64,000 nucleotides of DNA from a virus. Numbering within the stretch: position 1 is the first letter of the stretch; each line of letters begins with the position of its first letter. The notes below the pieces were generated by a model, which was not told the origin of the DNA, did not search any database, and worked only from the letters and a program-made list of their open reading frames with translations. Location of the stretch: positions 2,689 to 66,688 of IMG/VR virus record IMGVR_UViG_3300005804_000111. One strand, 5' to 3'. Position numbers and translations under genes: made by a program. Shown here one piece after another: positions 45,610-55,248 of this stretch.

Positions 45610-45882
45610 ATGACAACATATACAGCAACATACAGCCCGGAAGATAACAAACTCAGACTTTCAGCAAGCACGCGCCTTGATGCAGAGACATATGCGCGGG
45701 TAAAAGAAGCCGGTTTTATTTGGGCGCCAAAGCAAGGAATTTTTGTTACCCTGTGCGCCAACGGGCCAAGACAGCGCGAAGCATTCCGGGATCAGGCCGT
45801 ATATTGGGAAGATTTGCCGCCCGGCAGCTTCAAAGAGCAGGGAACGGGCGTCAATGTTGCCCTGATGGTATTGGAGGGATAG
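45610..45882 (+). pseudogene. In-frame deletion relic of a DUF3560 + methyltransferase gene
   Basis: N-terminus ATYSPEDNKLRL...GFIWAPKQ joined to C-terminus CANGPRQ...DLPPGSFKEQGTGVN. Confidence 0.75.
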
Positions 45883-45885
45883 GCT

Positions 45886-46116
45886 ATGAAATTTTTGCGC
45901 CAAATATTAAATGATGATACAATGGGGCTTGACCGGAACGCATGGGAGAGAATCGAAGCCCCGACACGAAGCGCGGCAATTGCTCAGGGTTTGACGTGCA
46001 TTCCGGCTGAAAGGTTTTTCGTATGGATTGCAGACGACAAGCCGGGTAATAAATGGCCCGATGGTTCGCCCTTTTGCGCGTATAAATTTGAACTTGCGGT
46101 CATGAAGGAACGATAA
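45886..46116 (+). CDS. Hypothetical protein
   Basis: RBS GGAGG; operon packing. Confidence 0.55.
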   Translation: MKFLRQILNDDTMGLDRNAWERIEAPTRSAAIAQGLTCIPAERFFVWIADDKPGNKWPDGSPFCAYKFELAVMKER

Positions 46117-46935
46117 ATGCTGATCCGGGACATCATAAGCGATACTCTTGAGAGTATCAAAAAGCCAAATACTTTGGCTTCGTATCGGGATACGCTTGAA
46201 CCCTTCGGCCAGATATTCGGCAACCGGGATACTGGGGAAATTCTACCGGCTGAAATTCGGGCATACCTCGAAGGATTGCCCGTATCAAATAGCACCAGGT
46301 ATCTGCGGTATGCACATATCAAAGTACTGTTTAATTCCGCTTTATCCTCATTGAAAGAAGCCCGTATCGCGGCAACATGGGAAAACCCATGCCATGCCAT
46401 CTCGGAGCACTTCGGCAAGCCGAAAAAAAACAGCGTGCCGCTATCTGATACGATTCATGCCGATATGCAGTGCGTAGAATCGCGCCTGAGATTCAAGCAC
46501 AGGCTCATTTATGCGCTTGGTACAAGGGGCGCACTGAGAGTATCGGAAATCCTCAAAATAACGCCTCTTGACCTTCTGAGGCACGGAAACACATGCTGTA
46601 TTCTGTTGGACGCGCCGAAATCGGGCGCGGATCGGGAAATTGCGGTAATTCCGGCTGATTTGTTCGACGTGCTGGCCGGATATGTCGATCAGGCCGGTAT
46701 CGGGCCAGATCAGCGTATTTTCCCTATGACACGTCAGGCAGTATGGCAGGTTTTCCGGGGTAAAGGGATCGCGCCCCACGATTTGCGCCGGTATGCTGCA
46801 TTCCGGGCTATGGAAATGGGGAAAAACCTTAAAACAATTCAGCAAATGTTGAGACATTCTGCAATATCGACGACTGAGCAATATATTAAAAACATGAGCG
46901 TATCGGCACTGGCCGAACAATTGGAGGGCATGTAA
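46117..46935 (+). CDS. Tyrosine recombinase (XerC-like, no arm-binding domain)
   Basis: ALRVSE, PKSG, HDLRR, LRH, EQY: full catalytic set. Confidence 0.9.
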   Translation: MLIRDIISDTLESIKKPNTLASYRDTLEPFGQIFGNRDTGEILPAEIRAYLEGLPVSNSTRYLRYAHIKVLFNSALSSLKEARIAATWENPCHAISEHFGKPKKNSVPLSDTIHADMQCVESRLRFKHRLIYALGTRGALRVSEILKITPLDLLRHGNTCCILLDAPKSGADREIAVIPADLFDVLAGYVDQAGIGPDQRIFPMTRQAVWQVFRGKGIAPHDLRRYAAFRAMEMGKNLKTIQQMLRHSAISTTEQYIKNMSVSALAEQLEGM

Positions 46936-47124
46936 ATGAAAAACTACGCAAATGCTCAATGTGCGCTCTGGTCAATTACGGGCGCGACTGCAACAACAAT
47001 CCGGCAAGGGAGGAATAAAGCAATATGTTGAGCGTAATGATATTTCTTGCAGTCTTGGTATGTATCATGAATCTTTTTGCCAAAAGCCGAACATAGGGCC
47101 ACTGCATGAGTGGCCCCGCCCGGC

Positions 47125-47523
47125 CTATACCCGGATCAGGTATATCGTCCCAATGAGCAACAGTTTATTCGTATCGAACGCTACAAGGTCAATCGGGACA
47201 TCTTTTGTAACGTCGAACATAACGAGGATGTTTTGCACCCCGTCAAAGAAGTATATCGGCGTCCCGGCATCGCAATACGCTTGCAGCACGGCTTTATTGG
47301 CCGGAGTTATTGCACCGGGATCGCCGGTCAGTTTCAGAACGATAGGTTGCCCGGTTAGCGATTTCGGGAACGACTGAATAACCGCGCTGCCGTCAATCAT
47401 GCGATGTATCGAGCCGGTACGCTGACTGCTTTTGTATTCATCGTCCCATATAGGATCAGAGGCGAAATACACGCCTCCAAGCGTCATGACACCATGCGCG
47501 GAACTGTCAAAAATATATTGCAT
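47125..47523 (-). CDS. Tail-associated protein
   Basis: Last gene of tail module B. Confidence 0.55.
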   Translation of the reverse strand: MQYIFDSSAHGVMTLGGVYFASDPIWDDEYKSSQRTGSIHRMIDGSAVIQSFPKSLTGQPIVLKLTGDPGAITPANKAVLQAYCDAGTPIYFFDGVQNILVMFDVTKDVPIDLVAFDTNKLLLIGTIYLIRV

Positions 47524-47534
47524 TGATCCCCCTG

Positions 47535-49601
47535 TCAGTCCATAGGATCGAGCATTACAAGCCCGTTTATTCTCGGTATGTGGCCCCCGCCCTGTTTCTG
47601 CGGCGGTATCAATTCATCTTGCAGCACCCCGGCGATGTCGAACAGCATCCATTTCCGATCAGCAACGTCTGGGTAATCATCATCAAGGGACGGCGGGAAC
47701 GTAACGCTTGCCGTATCGACAAACTGCGGAACGAGCGCCTTTTTCGGTGCCGTGCCTTGCTCCTGTATCTGATGCCGGAACTTGACCGGGAACACGTCGA
47801 AACTCAGGAGTAACCGCTTGCTTGTGGCCGTTGTGAATATCCGGGATACCTCGCCGTTTTCTTCTCCTGTATCAGCTCCATCGCGGTCATACCCTACATC
47901 AACCCACGGAAAAGAATGCACCCGTTCTACAACATCGCTCTGATTGCCTGACGTGCCAGGATCGATCCAAGTGTTCAGCATGTATTCTCGGCATATGCAT
48001 TCCGGGGAGAGTTTGCGCTTTATGCCGTTGACCGCCACCCAAAATGTTGCCTTGCTTACTACCTGAAGCCTGTCATATCGGGCCAGCAAATCCTCATATA
48101 TCGGCCCGTCGATTTCATGCGACACATAATCAACCCGCTTGTATACCACAACATCGAAATTCTCGTCATGATGCGTATGCAGGATGTTGTAATTCGTTCT
48201 CAGTATCGGGAAGAACGGCGGGGAACAGAAAGACATATCAATTTTTACCGTTTCGATTTCGCCCGTTTCTTCAATAAGATTATCAGCACAATATACTCCT
48301 ATGTTTAAAGTATCGAGTTTGCGATAGACGTTATCTGTAAACCCCTCACCTGTTGGCCCGTAGTGTTGCGATGGCCCGTTGTTCGTTACCCGAATATATG
48401 ACAGTTTCCCCTTTTCCCGAAAATCGGAAATCAGGGATGCGTCGCTCGTCAGATTGAAGTCATGCCGGGCAGTCGGGTAATAATCAACGCTCGGATACGA
48501 GTAGGTATACAGAAAACCCTCGATGATTTCCGAAAGCACATAACTTTCGCCTGTCCCGGACAAATCCCGGCAATACTGCGCCAGTACCGTCACGTTTTCG
48601 CTTTCCAGATCGTATTCCTCAATCTTGCAGATCGCCAGATTATATGCCCCGGTCACTTCCGGGAAAAAATCGGGATTGATGATCGGGACAAGCGGAATCT
48701 CAACCCGGAGCACGCGCTGTTTCGTCCCGGTCTGATCCTTGGCACTGGCGAGTATGTATGAATTCTCGGCCCCGGATTTCCCGAAATTCTTTGCAATCTT
48801 GCTGCCGTCGAACCCGAACCGAAAGAGCTTATTGATAACCTGTACCGAATCGCGGTGCATCATCCGGTATGGTTCAAAGTCCGCATATTCTACTGATCCG
48901 GTATCGTCGTACCTGTCAAACATGCACACAACGCCATCCTCGATGTACCGGCAAAGGGATGCCCGGCTGAAATGGTGCCGGTAATGGAGCCAAAGCAGGG
49001 AACAGGTCAACCCTACGGCATTGACAATGACAGTGCCGCCTACGGTCTGATATTCGCTGTTGTGCTCAATGAGGCCGCTATCTGTCTCAACCCCGGAGAG
49101 GATATACCGCGCCATTCTCCCGGCCTGTTTCTTGGCCGCTATGCCGTTTCGCACTGCCGGGATGCCAAGCCCGTTACCGCTTGCCGCATACTCGTAAACA
49201 GTGGGATCGTCCTGATAATAGAGGCTGTTGAATATCGGCCCGTATTTCCCATCGTCCGTCAGGTTCCATCCGATACCGTCCTGCAATGCAATGAGGGTGT
49301 TACCAATGAGATTGTAAAATTGCTTTTCGTAGGTATCGCTATCAGCCCCGGTATGGCAGATAATAAGCGGTATCGTCACATTCAACGGAGTGGCTGGCCG
49401 GGCATCTTCCCATTTGAACGAAAGCACTTGACCATTCAGTACCGGCACACGATCCCCGGCCTGAAGCCGGGCCGAACTCAATGCCTTGCCTGTTGTGCCA
49501 TCATCGAAAATTACAACACCTGACTTCCTGACTTCGTGAATTACCTTTATCACTGCACCTTTCGGCATGTTGCGCTTATTGTACTCTCCCGTTATGCTCA
49601 T
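47535..49601 (-). CDS. Large tail/receptor-binding-like protein
   Basis: 688 aa, beta-rich, in the tail operon. Confidence 0.55.
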   Translation of the reverse strand: MSITGEYNKRNMPKGAVIKVIHEVRKSGVVIFDDGTTGKALSSARLQAGDRVPVLNGQVLSFKWEDARPATPLNVTIPLIICHTGADSDTYEKQFYNLIGNTLIALQDGIGWNLTDDGKYGPIFNSLYYQDDPTVYEYAASGNGLGIPAVRNGIAAKKQAGRMARYILSGVETDSGLIEHNSEYQTVGGTVIVNAVGLTCSLLWLHYRHHFSRASLCRYIEDGVVCMFDRYDDTGSVEYADFEPYRMMHRDSVQVINKLFRFGFDGSKIAKNFGKSGAENSYILASAKDQTGTKQRVLRVEIPLVPIINPDFFPEVTGAYNLAICKIEEYDLESENVTVLAQYCRDLSGTGESYVLSEIIEGFLYTYSYPSVDYYPTARHDFNLTSDASLISDFREKGKLSYIRVTNNGPSQHYGPTGEGFTDNVYRKLDTLNIGVYCADNLIEETGEIETVKIDMSFCSPPFFPILRTNYNILHTHHDENFDVVVYKRVDYVSHEIDGPIYEDLLARYDRLQVVSKATFWVAVNGIKRKLSPECICREYMLNTWIDPGTSGNQSDVVERVHSFPWVDVGYDRDGADTGEENGEVSRIFTTATSKRLLLSFDVFPVKFRHQIQEQGTAPKKALVPQFVDTASVTFPPSLDDDYPDVADRKWMLFDIAGVLQDELIPPQKQGGGHIPRINGLVMLDPMD

Positions 49602-49604
49602 GCG

Positions 49605-49811
49605 TTACTTTGCCCCGCCGATGATATAGAGTTTGCCCTGTTCTCCGAATACGATCAACACCCTGTCGCCCTGAAGCAACCGCTCATCAGTGACAACCGT
49701 TGCCGTCCGGCCAGATTCCAGAATATGCGTCCCGGATTTGTTCAAGTGCATGATCGTATCCTCTTCAATTACGCTTTCGCGCTTTTTCCCGAACGCTCCT
49801 GTTATCGCCAT
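49605..49811 (-). CDS. Small OB-fold-like tail protein
   Basis: LLQGDRVLIV motif, echoed at the N-terminus of the next gene (LQAGDRVPV). Confidence 0.5.
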   Translation of the reverse strand: MAITGAFGKKRESVIEEDTIMHLNKSGTHILESGRTATVVTDERLLQGDRVLIVFGEQGKLYIIGGAK

Positions 49812-51436
49812 GCCACACCCTCTAACTGGCCGACATGCTGCTTTTCGCTCATGGTTGACGATGCCCGCGTGACCAGAAAAACAAGCTCTGACATATCGAA
49901 CGTGTTGCCGAGTCCATCATTCAACAACCCGGCGATGCGTATTTTCATACCCTTCCTGATCCATGGCATAGGGATAATCGAGAGATTAAGCGTGTAACGA
50001 TCATGCTGCTTTTCGGTCTTGATTTCCTGAGCCATCTGCAACAACTGACCCCGCGTCATACGATCATCTGAAAGCTCAATGTCGCGCCCGTATTGCGATA
50101 CCGTCACTTTGTCATACCACGGAACAATCGTGTCGCGCCGGTTAATGTTGCGGTTCTTCCCTACCATCTTCGGCCCCGGCAACTGGCCTGACTGAATAAT
50201 CACTTTTTTGTCAACGAATGTCCCGTTGACGTATTGCGTCTGTGTCGTCTCGATCAGGTCTTTATTGATCGCCCGGTATGATACCGTGTTCTGTTCGATC
50301 ATGTTCTGCGGCTTGCCGGTTGTGGTATCGACCTTGTATGTCCCGTTGGTATTGAACATTTTGGTCATGGTAATGGTATCTTCCATCAGGATTTCATCGA
50401 GCGGAGAATATTTGTAACTCACCGATGTTTTCAAATCCTTCGACTTGTACCGCTTCTTTTCACTTCCGGGGGGCGATGGATCGTAAACAATTGATACAGT
50501 GTCTTTCGTGTAAATTTTGTTGTAGTCACTGGACATCGTGCCGCCGTAATCATAAGAAACAATATCCTCTGATGCAAGCGTGACATCCTTATCATCGACC
50601 AACCGGGTATAGACAAGTTTTTCCTCTTTGATAACAACCCCAATAAAGTAATACACCGTCGAGATTTCCCGCGTCAGTACCTTGCCGTCAATGTCGAGTG
50701 TTTCAATAACCGTGCTCTTGGTCGCCGGTTCAGTATCCCATCCGGTACGTTCATTCCGCTCATCCCGGTACACATAAATATTGCGGATCGGAACCTTGTC
50801 GTCACCAACCCGCGTCACTTTGAAATCCATGATCCTGATGTCAGACAGGGAAATGGTATAGTCCGGGGCATACGGCCACTGGCGCTTTTTTGCAATGACG
50901 GTTGAGCCGGATACCAACAGATCAATCTTGAACATTTCGGTCTTGTTCAGCGGCTCAATCAGGGCGACAAGAACGTTTGCTACGGTATCATTGAATCCGG
51001 CTGATTCAGTCGCCTCTGAAACAATCGGATAGTCAGGACATTGCCAGATCATTTTCAGCCCGGCTTGTGCTGCCGCGTTTGCTGCAACCGATGAAGCCAT
51101 AGTATTGCCAACCGAATACGATACCGATTCCCCGTAACGGTTCTTCACGTCCTGAGTCGGCTTTGTGAAGAAATACGAGTGCTGAAAATGCGTGGTCATT
51201 GCCAGCTTCAACCCGTCGCGCCCGGTCACACTGACCGTGCATCCCTTTTCCGTCCTCGATACGCTCCATTCATCAGCATACCCGTAGATCGCGGCAATGT
51301 TGGTGCCGTCAAATCCGGCCTTGAGCACATAGCTTTCTTTGCCAACAAGAAAGTCCTGCAACGATGGCCGGACTGCGGAAAACTCATCAGAAAGCAGCGT
51401 AATGTCCTGTTCGACTGAATACTGTTCTACGCTCAT
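49802..51436 (-). CDS. Baseplate hub/tail tip protein
   Basis: GYADEWSV..T....TVSVTGRD; C-terminal PWIRKGMKI. Confidence 0.65.
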   Translation of the reverse strand: MSVEQYSVEQDITLLSDEFSAVRPSLQDFLVGKESYVLKAGFDGTNIAAIYGYADEWSVSRTEKGCTVSVTGRDGLKLAMTTHFQHSYFFTKPTQDVKNRYGESVSYSVGNTMASSVAANAAAQAGLKMIWQCPDYPIVSEATESAGFNDTVANVLVALIEPLNKTEMFKIDLLVSGSTVIAKKRQWPYAPDYTISLSDIRIMDFKVTRVGDDKVPIRNIYVYRDERNERTGWDTEPATKSTVIETLDIDGKVLTREISTVYYFIGVVIKEEKLVYTRLVDDKDVTLASEDIVSYDYGGTMSSDYNKIYTKDTVSIVYDPSPPGSEKKRYKSKDLKTSVSYKYSPLDEILMEDTITMTKMFNTNGTYKVDTTTGKPQNMIEQNTVSYRAINKDLIETTQTQYVNGTFVDKKVIIQSGQLPGPKMVGKNRNINRRDTIVPWYDKVTVSQYGRDIELSDDRMTRGQLLQMAQEIKTEKQHDRYTLNLSIIPMPWIRKGMKIRIAGLLNDGLGNTFDMSELVFLVTRASSTMSEKQHVGQLEGVAWR

Positions 51437-51615
51437 GTCACGGCCCCCGTTGGTTTCTGAATGGTCGCTTTATACGGCGTGCTCAGATCAGGGATGATCC
51501 GGGCCGATTCCGTAAAGATCGCAAAGCCCCGGAGTATCTGCACCTGTTCCGGCAAAAATCCAAGCTGCTTTGCCGTGCTCGTAATATGTGCCGTTTCGAC
51601 CAATAATCTCAGCAT
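51433..51615 (-). CDS. Hypothetical protein
   Basis: Operon packing. Confidence 0.45.
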   Translation of the reverse strand: MLRLLVETAHITSTAKQLGFLPEQVQILRGFAIFTESARIIPDLSTPYKATIQKPTGAVT

Positions 51616-51617
51616 GG

Positions 51618-53882
51618 TTATACTCCGTGAAGGTCTTTCAGTAGCGTCAATGCCTGATCGAGCGCATACGGCGTCCCGACACTCGTATCAATCGGGATCG
51701 AGACAATGCGCGTCCCGGCTTGGTCAATGACTTCCAAAAACGGGCCATTCACCCGAACGTCTGTCGGTTGCAGAAAATCATGCACCCCATAGCCAACATA
51801 CCCGATAAGCTCGTTGCTGCTTGGCAGAAATGTTGGCACGCGGTCTTTGCCGTTATCGACAACATAGATATAGTTTGATTCAACCCAAATCCCTGCCGGT
51901 GCCGAAAGCTCTCCCTCTCCGAACGAATACAGGTATGATCCTCCCATTGAGTAAACCTTGACCGTATTGGTTTCCAGATCGGTGATATACAGGTATACGC
52001 CATTGGTGCCGATCCCGTAAGGATCGCCCGGCACGCTGAATTGTCCCTGATACGTTCCGGCCCCGTTGAATTTCTGCACCCGGTCATTCTCCCGGTCGAC
52101 CACATAGAGGTACGTTCCGTCCCATGCCAGATATGACGGCCCGTTGAATTGACCATTGCCGCTGCCGGTGCCGCCGAAATACGCCTGATAATTGAGGTTC
52201 AGATCATAAATCAGGATACGGTCATGCAGAGCGTCGATGATGTAATAATTGGTATCTGTTCTGATCCAGTATCCCATTGTGCCGCCATCAGGAATAGTGA
52301 TATCAGTGAACCGATACGCTGATATGCTCCGGGAGTACGAAACAGAAGCATAGAACGTGCTGACGGTCAGCGTGATTGTATACAGCCCCCCGTTAATATA
52401 GGTATGTGTCGGGTTTTCCGATGTCGATGTATTGCCATCCCCGAAATCCCAAAGGAAGGTTGCCGGAAATCCCGCGTCCTGATACCCGGTTGACGTGTTC
52501 GTGAAGGTAACGGTAAACGGGATCATGCCACGCTCGGAACTGACAAGGAACGAACTTCGCAAGGTTGAGATATTCTGCGGAACTCCATAACCCGCCATGA
52601 ACGTATCATAGGCAACAGCCGGATCGGTTGAGTACGTTTCGATATTCAAAATGCACTGATCGGCCAACCATGCCTGAACCGGGGCGATGCGCCGAACTCC
52701 GTTTACATAGACCATAAAGCAGTTAAAATACCGCTCAATCCTCAACGTATACGGGTCTGTTTGGCTTACAGTAAAAGGATCAGAGGTAGAGGAAAAATTC
52801 TCACCCTGCCCATTGCTCCCGTAAAGCGTGACCTGCATCGTGGTAGCGTCAAGATATGTCGCAGTAGCGTAATACTTGTTCACCGCAATCGCATCTTCCG
52901 AATCACCAGAATAACGCCAGTTAAAATTCAATAATCCTGACTGCCCGGCTGAAAACTGCATCTGAACATAATTGTAATCGTCAGCAAGAGGATGCTGCTT
53001 ATACAATGGAGGTTCATACCACTCTTCAATGTTTGTGCAGTAGAGCTTATCCCCGGAAATATTGAACCCTTCACGCGGGTATACTCCCCATGATGTCGGT
53101 ATCTTATGCCATGCCGTTCCGATGTCGGGAGTGTGGTTTTCGAGCAGGGTGCCATCCGTGTCAGTGAACGTATCAAGGCACACCAGACCGTCAACGTCAA
53201 GCGTAAAGATTTTGCTGGCAACATACGCCCCGCCGTTGACACTGAGCGTCACGGTATAGACACCTTCGGTTGCATAAGTATGAACCGGATTCTGCGCGGT
53301 TGAGGTTGTGCCGTCGCCAAAGTTCCAATGAAAGCTAGTGCCGACCACTGTAGATACTTCAGAGAAAACCATCGTCATACCAAAGCGGAACATATCGAAT
53401 GCTGCCTGTTCCGGCAAGTCAGTCACCATGAATTGCGGGATCGAATACTCCCGGTAATTGTCGCCGTTCCATGCCCGTAGCCCGATATTTGCAACACCGT
53501 CTGCTGCAAACTGGAAAGAAGGATTTTCAAGCGTCGATTCCCCTACCAAAGAGCCATCGAGATTGAACAGCCAATGCCAAGCATCAGTAACCGTCTGCGT
53601 TCTGTTCCAGACTTTTACCACTCGATGCGCGTAAAGCCGATATGCTGCCGATGCGGTAACGGGGATTGTCTCATCAGGATTATCATTGAAGTAATCAATA
53701 ATGGCCGTTGTTGGCAGTCCCTCATCAGGAGGTTTACTGCCGCCACCTTTTGATCCTCCATAGTTCCAGTTTTGACTTCCAGTGCCAGAGGGATTCACAG
53801 GATTCCACCATGCGCTATTCCCATACGGCCCTGATGACGACATAGAGCCGATAATGTCTTTCTGAAAATTACCTAATCCCAT
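51618..53882 (-). CDS. Tail protein with PKD domains, a lectin-like domain and an NHL beta-propeller
   Basis: WNFGDGTTS..QNP.HTY (two clear copies); GSGNGQFNGP..., DRENDRVQKF. Confidence 0.85.
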   Translation of the reverse strand: MGLGNFQKDIIGSMSSSGPYGNSAWWNPVNPSGTGSQNWNYGGSKGGGSKPPDEGLPTTAIIDYFNDNPDETIPVTASAAYRLYAHRVVKVWNRTQTVTDAWHWLFNLDGSLVGESTLENPSFQFAADGVANIGLRAWNGDNYREYSIPQFMVTDLPEQAAFDMFRFGMTMVFSEVSTVVGTSFHWNFGDGTTSTAQNPVHTYATEGVYTVTLSVNGGAYVASKIFTLDVDGLVCLDTFTDTDGTLLENHTPDIGTAWHKIPTSWGVYPREGFNISGDKLYCTNIEEWYEPPLYKQHPLADDYNYVQMQFSAGQSGLLNFNWRYSGDSEDAIAVNKYYATATYLDATTMQVTLYGSNGQGENFSSTSDPFTVSQTDPYTLRIERYFNCFMVYVNGVRRIAPVQAWLADQCILNIETYSTDPAVAYDTFMAGYGVPQNISTLRSSFLVSSERGMIPFTVTFTNTSTGYQDAGFPATFLWDFGDGNTSTSENPTHTYINGGLYTITLTVSTFYASVSYSRSISAYRFTDITIPDGGTMGYWIRTDTNYYIIDALHDRILIYDLNLNYQAYFGGTGSGNGQFNGPSYLAWDGTYLYVVDRENDRVQKFNGAGTYQGQFSVPGDPYGIGTNGVYLYITDLETNTVKVYSMGGSYLYSFGEGELSAPAGIWVESNYIYVVDNGKDRVPTFLPSSNELIGYVGYGVHDFLQPTDVRVNGPFLEVIDQAGTRIVSIPIDTSVGTPYALDQALTLLKDLHGV

Positions 53883-53890
53883 ATTGCCCC

Positions 53891-54502
53891 TTAAAAGAAC
53901 ACCCGGAGGATGTCAGTATCATTTCGTTGAAACCCGGTAAATGCCGGGATGATGTCTTTTACCCACACTGCATTTTTGCCGATCATGCCGCGCTCTACGC
54001 ATGAGCACACAGCCGCCCCGGTTGCATAATCGTATGTCAGGACAAATCCGGGGAGCAACGTAATAGTGGCATCGCATCCGTTCCAAACAATCGACTTGAT
54101 CCGCACAAATTCCTCAACCGTTGCATTGTCAGAAATGCGAATTAGATCAAGCGGATTGAACCCGGCACCGGCATGTTGCGCCCGAACTGATAGTATTGTG
54201 ACTTCCCCATGATAAACCGGCGCTGACAATGCCCCTGAACCCTTCCACGCGGTATATGCAGACGGGTCAGTATCAACCTCTGTCCCGGCGTGTAAAAGCA
54301 TCCTTGACGGCTCAAATGCAGCGATACGGAGTGTTGGAACGGTCTGTTCCGGGAAGATGAAAAACTTACTGTATTTCACCCCGCCAAGCCTGGCATCATC
54401 AAACGATATGTCCGGGGCAAGGGAGTTTTTCACACTGTCCTGAACAGGGAGTGTCTGCACGCGCCCGGTGTCTATGTCATGCCTGAAAAAAAACGCTTTC
54501 AT
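53891..54502 (-). CDS. Tail protein
   Basis: Downstream of the tape measure gene. Confidence 0.55.
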   Translation of the reverse strand: MKAFFFRHDIDTGRVQTLPVQDSVKNSLAPDISFDDARLGGVKYSKFFIFPEQTVPTLRIAAFEPSRMLLHAGTEVDTDPSAYTAWKGSGALSAPVYHGEVTILSVRAQHAGAGFNPLDLIRISDNATVEEFVRIKSIVWNGCDATITLLPGFVLTYDYATGAAVCSCVERGMIGKNAVWVKDIIPAFTGFQRNDTDILRVFF

Positions 54503-55234
54503 TTACGCCTCGGAGAAACTGAGCATGTAATTCTCAAGGGTTTCCGGCATTGAAGCATCTGTCACCAGACCGCGCCAGATCGCCACCTGTTGCCCGATTT
54601 GCAGCACGCCGATACTGAGTGTGCCGGAACTGAGCGCCGGAGCCGTCCCGTAATCCGGCGTTTCACCCGCTGTTGTGTTTTCGCTTGGCAAATCGAAATC
54701 AGCATTGATGCCGGGCCATCCATAGGCGCTTGAAACGTCTGCGGCCTGTCCGGTGTCAGTCCATGAAAGAATCATGGGATTTTCGATAATAGTACGCCGG
54801 GCATTGATGTAAAGCTGATTGGTCGAACGATAGACGATATACCCGGATGCGCCCGGTACGGCGCTCCATGACAGAGTAACGGCACGGTTGCTGGAATCAG
54901 TCGCTGCGCTGACTTCCAAGCTCCCGCCCGTTTCTCCGTTCTCATTGTACGCCGTCACCCGGTAATAATACTCTTCCCCGGCATCGAGCGCCCCGCCGCT
55001 GATAAGCGTTGCCGTCACGTTAAAGGGACAGGAAAGCGTATCAGGACAGATCGCCCATCTGACGCGGCTATACAGTTCATCTGTGCCAAATTGCAGGACT
55101 GTCCCGGTTATGGCCCCGGATACCCGGCCAAGATCGTTTTGCAGAAAAAACTTTTTGGCGAATGCACTTCCGGCAATCACGTCGCCCAAGTCTTTTGCAA
55201 AAATCTCCGTTACGCCATCGCTGTCAAGGAACAT
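54503..55234 (-). CDS. Tail protein with an FN3-like domain
   Basis: YYYRVTAYNENGET; LSWSAVPGASGYIVYR. Confidence 0.7.
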   Translation of the reverse strand: MFLDSDGVTEIFAKDLGDVIAGSAFAKKFFLQNDLGRVSGAITGTVLQFGTDELYSRVRWAICPDTLSCPFNVTATLISGGALDAGEEYYYRVTAYNENGETGGSLEVSAATDSSNRAVTLSWSAVPGASGYIVYRSTNQLYINARRTIIENPMILSWTDTGQAADVSSAYGWPGINADFDLPSENTTAGETPDYGTAPALSSGTLSIGVLQIGQQVAIWRGLVTDASMPETLENYMLSFSEA

Positions 55235-55248
55235 GATAATGCCTCCCG

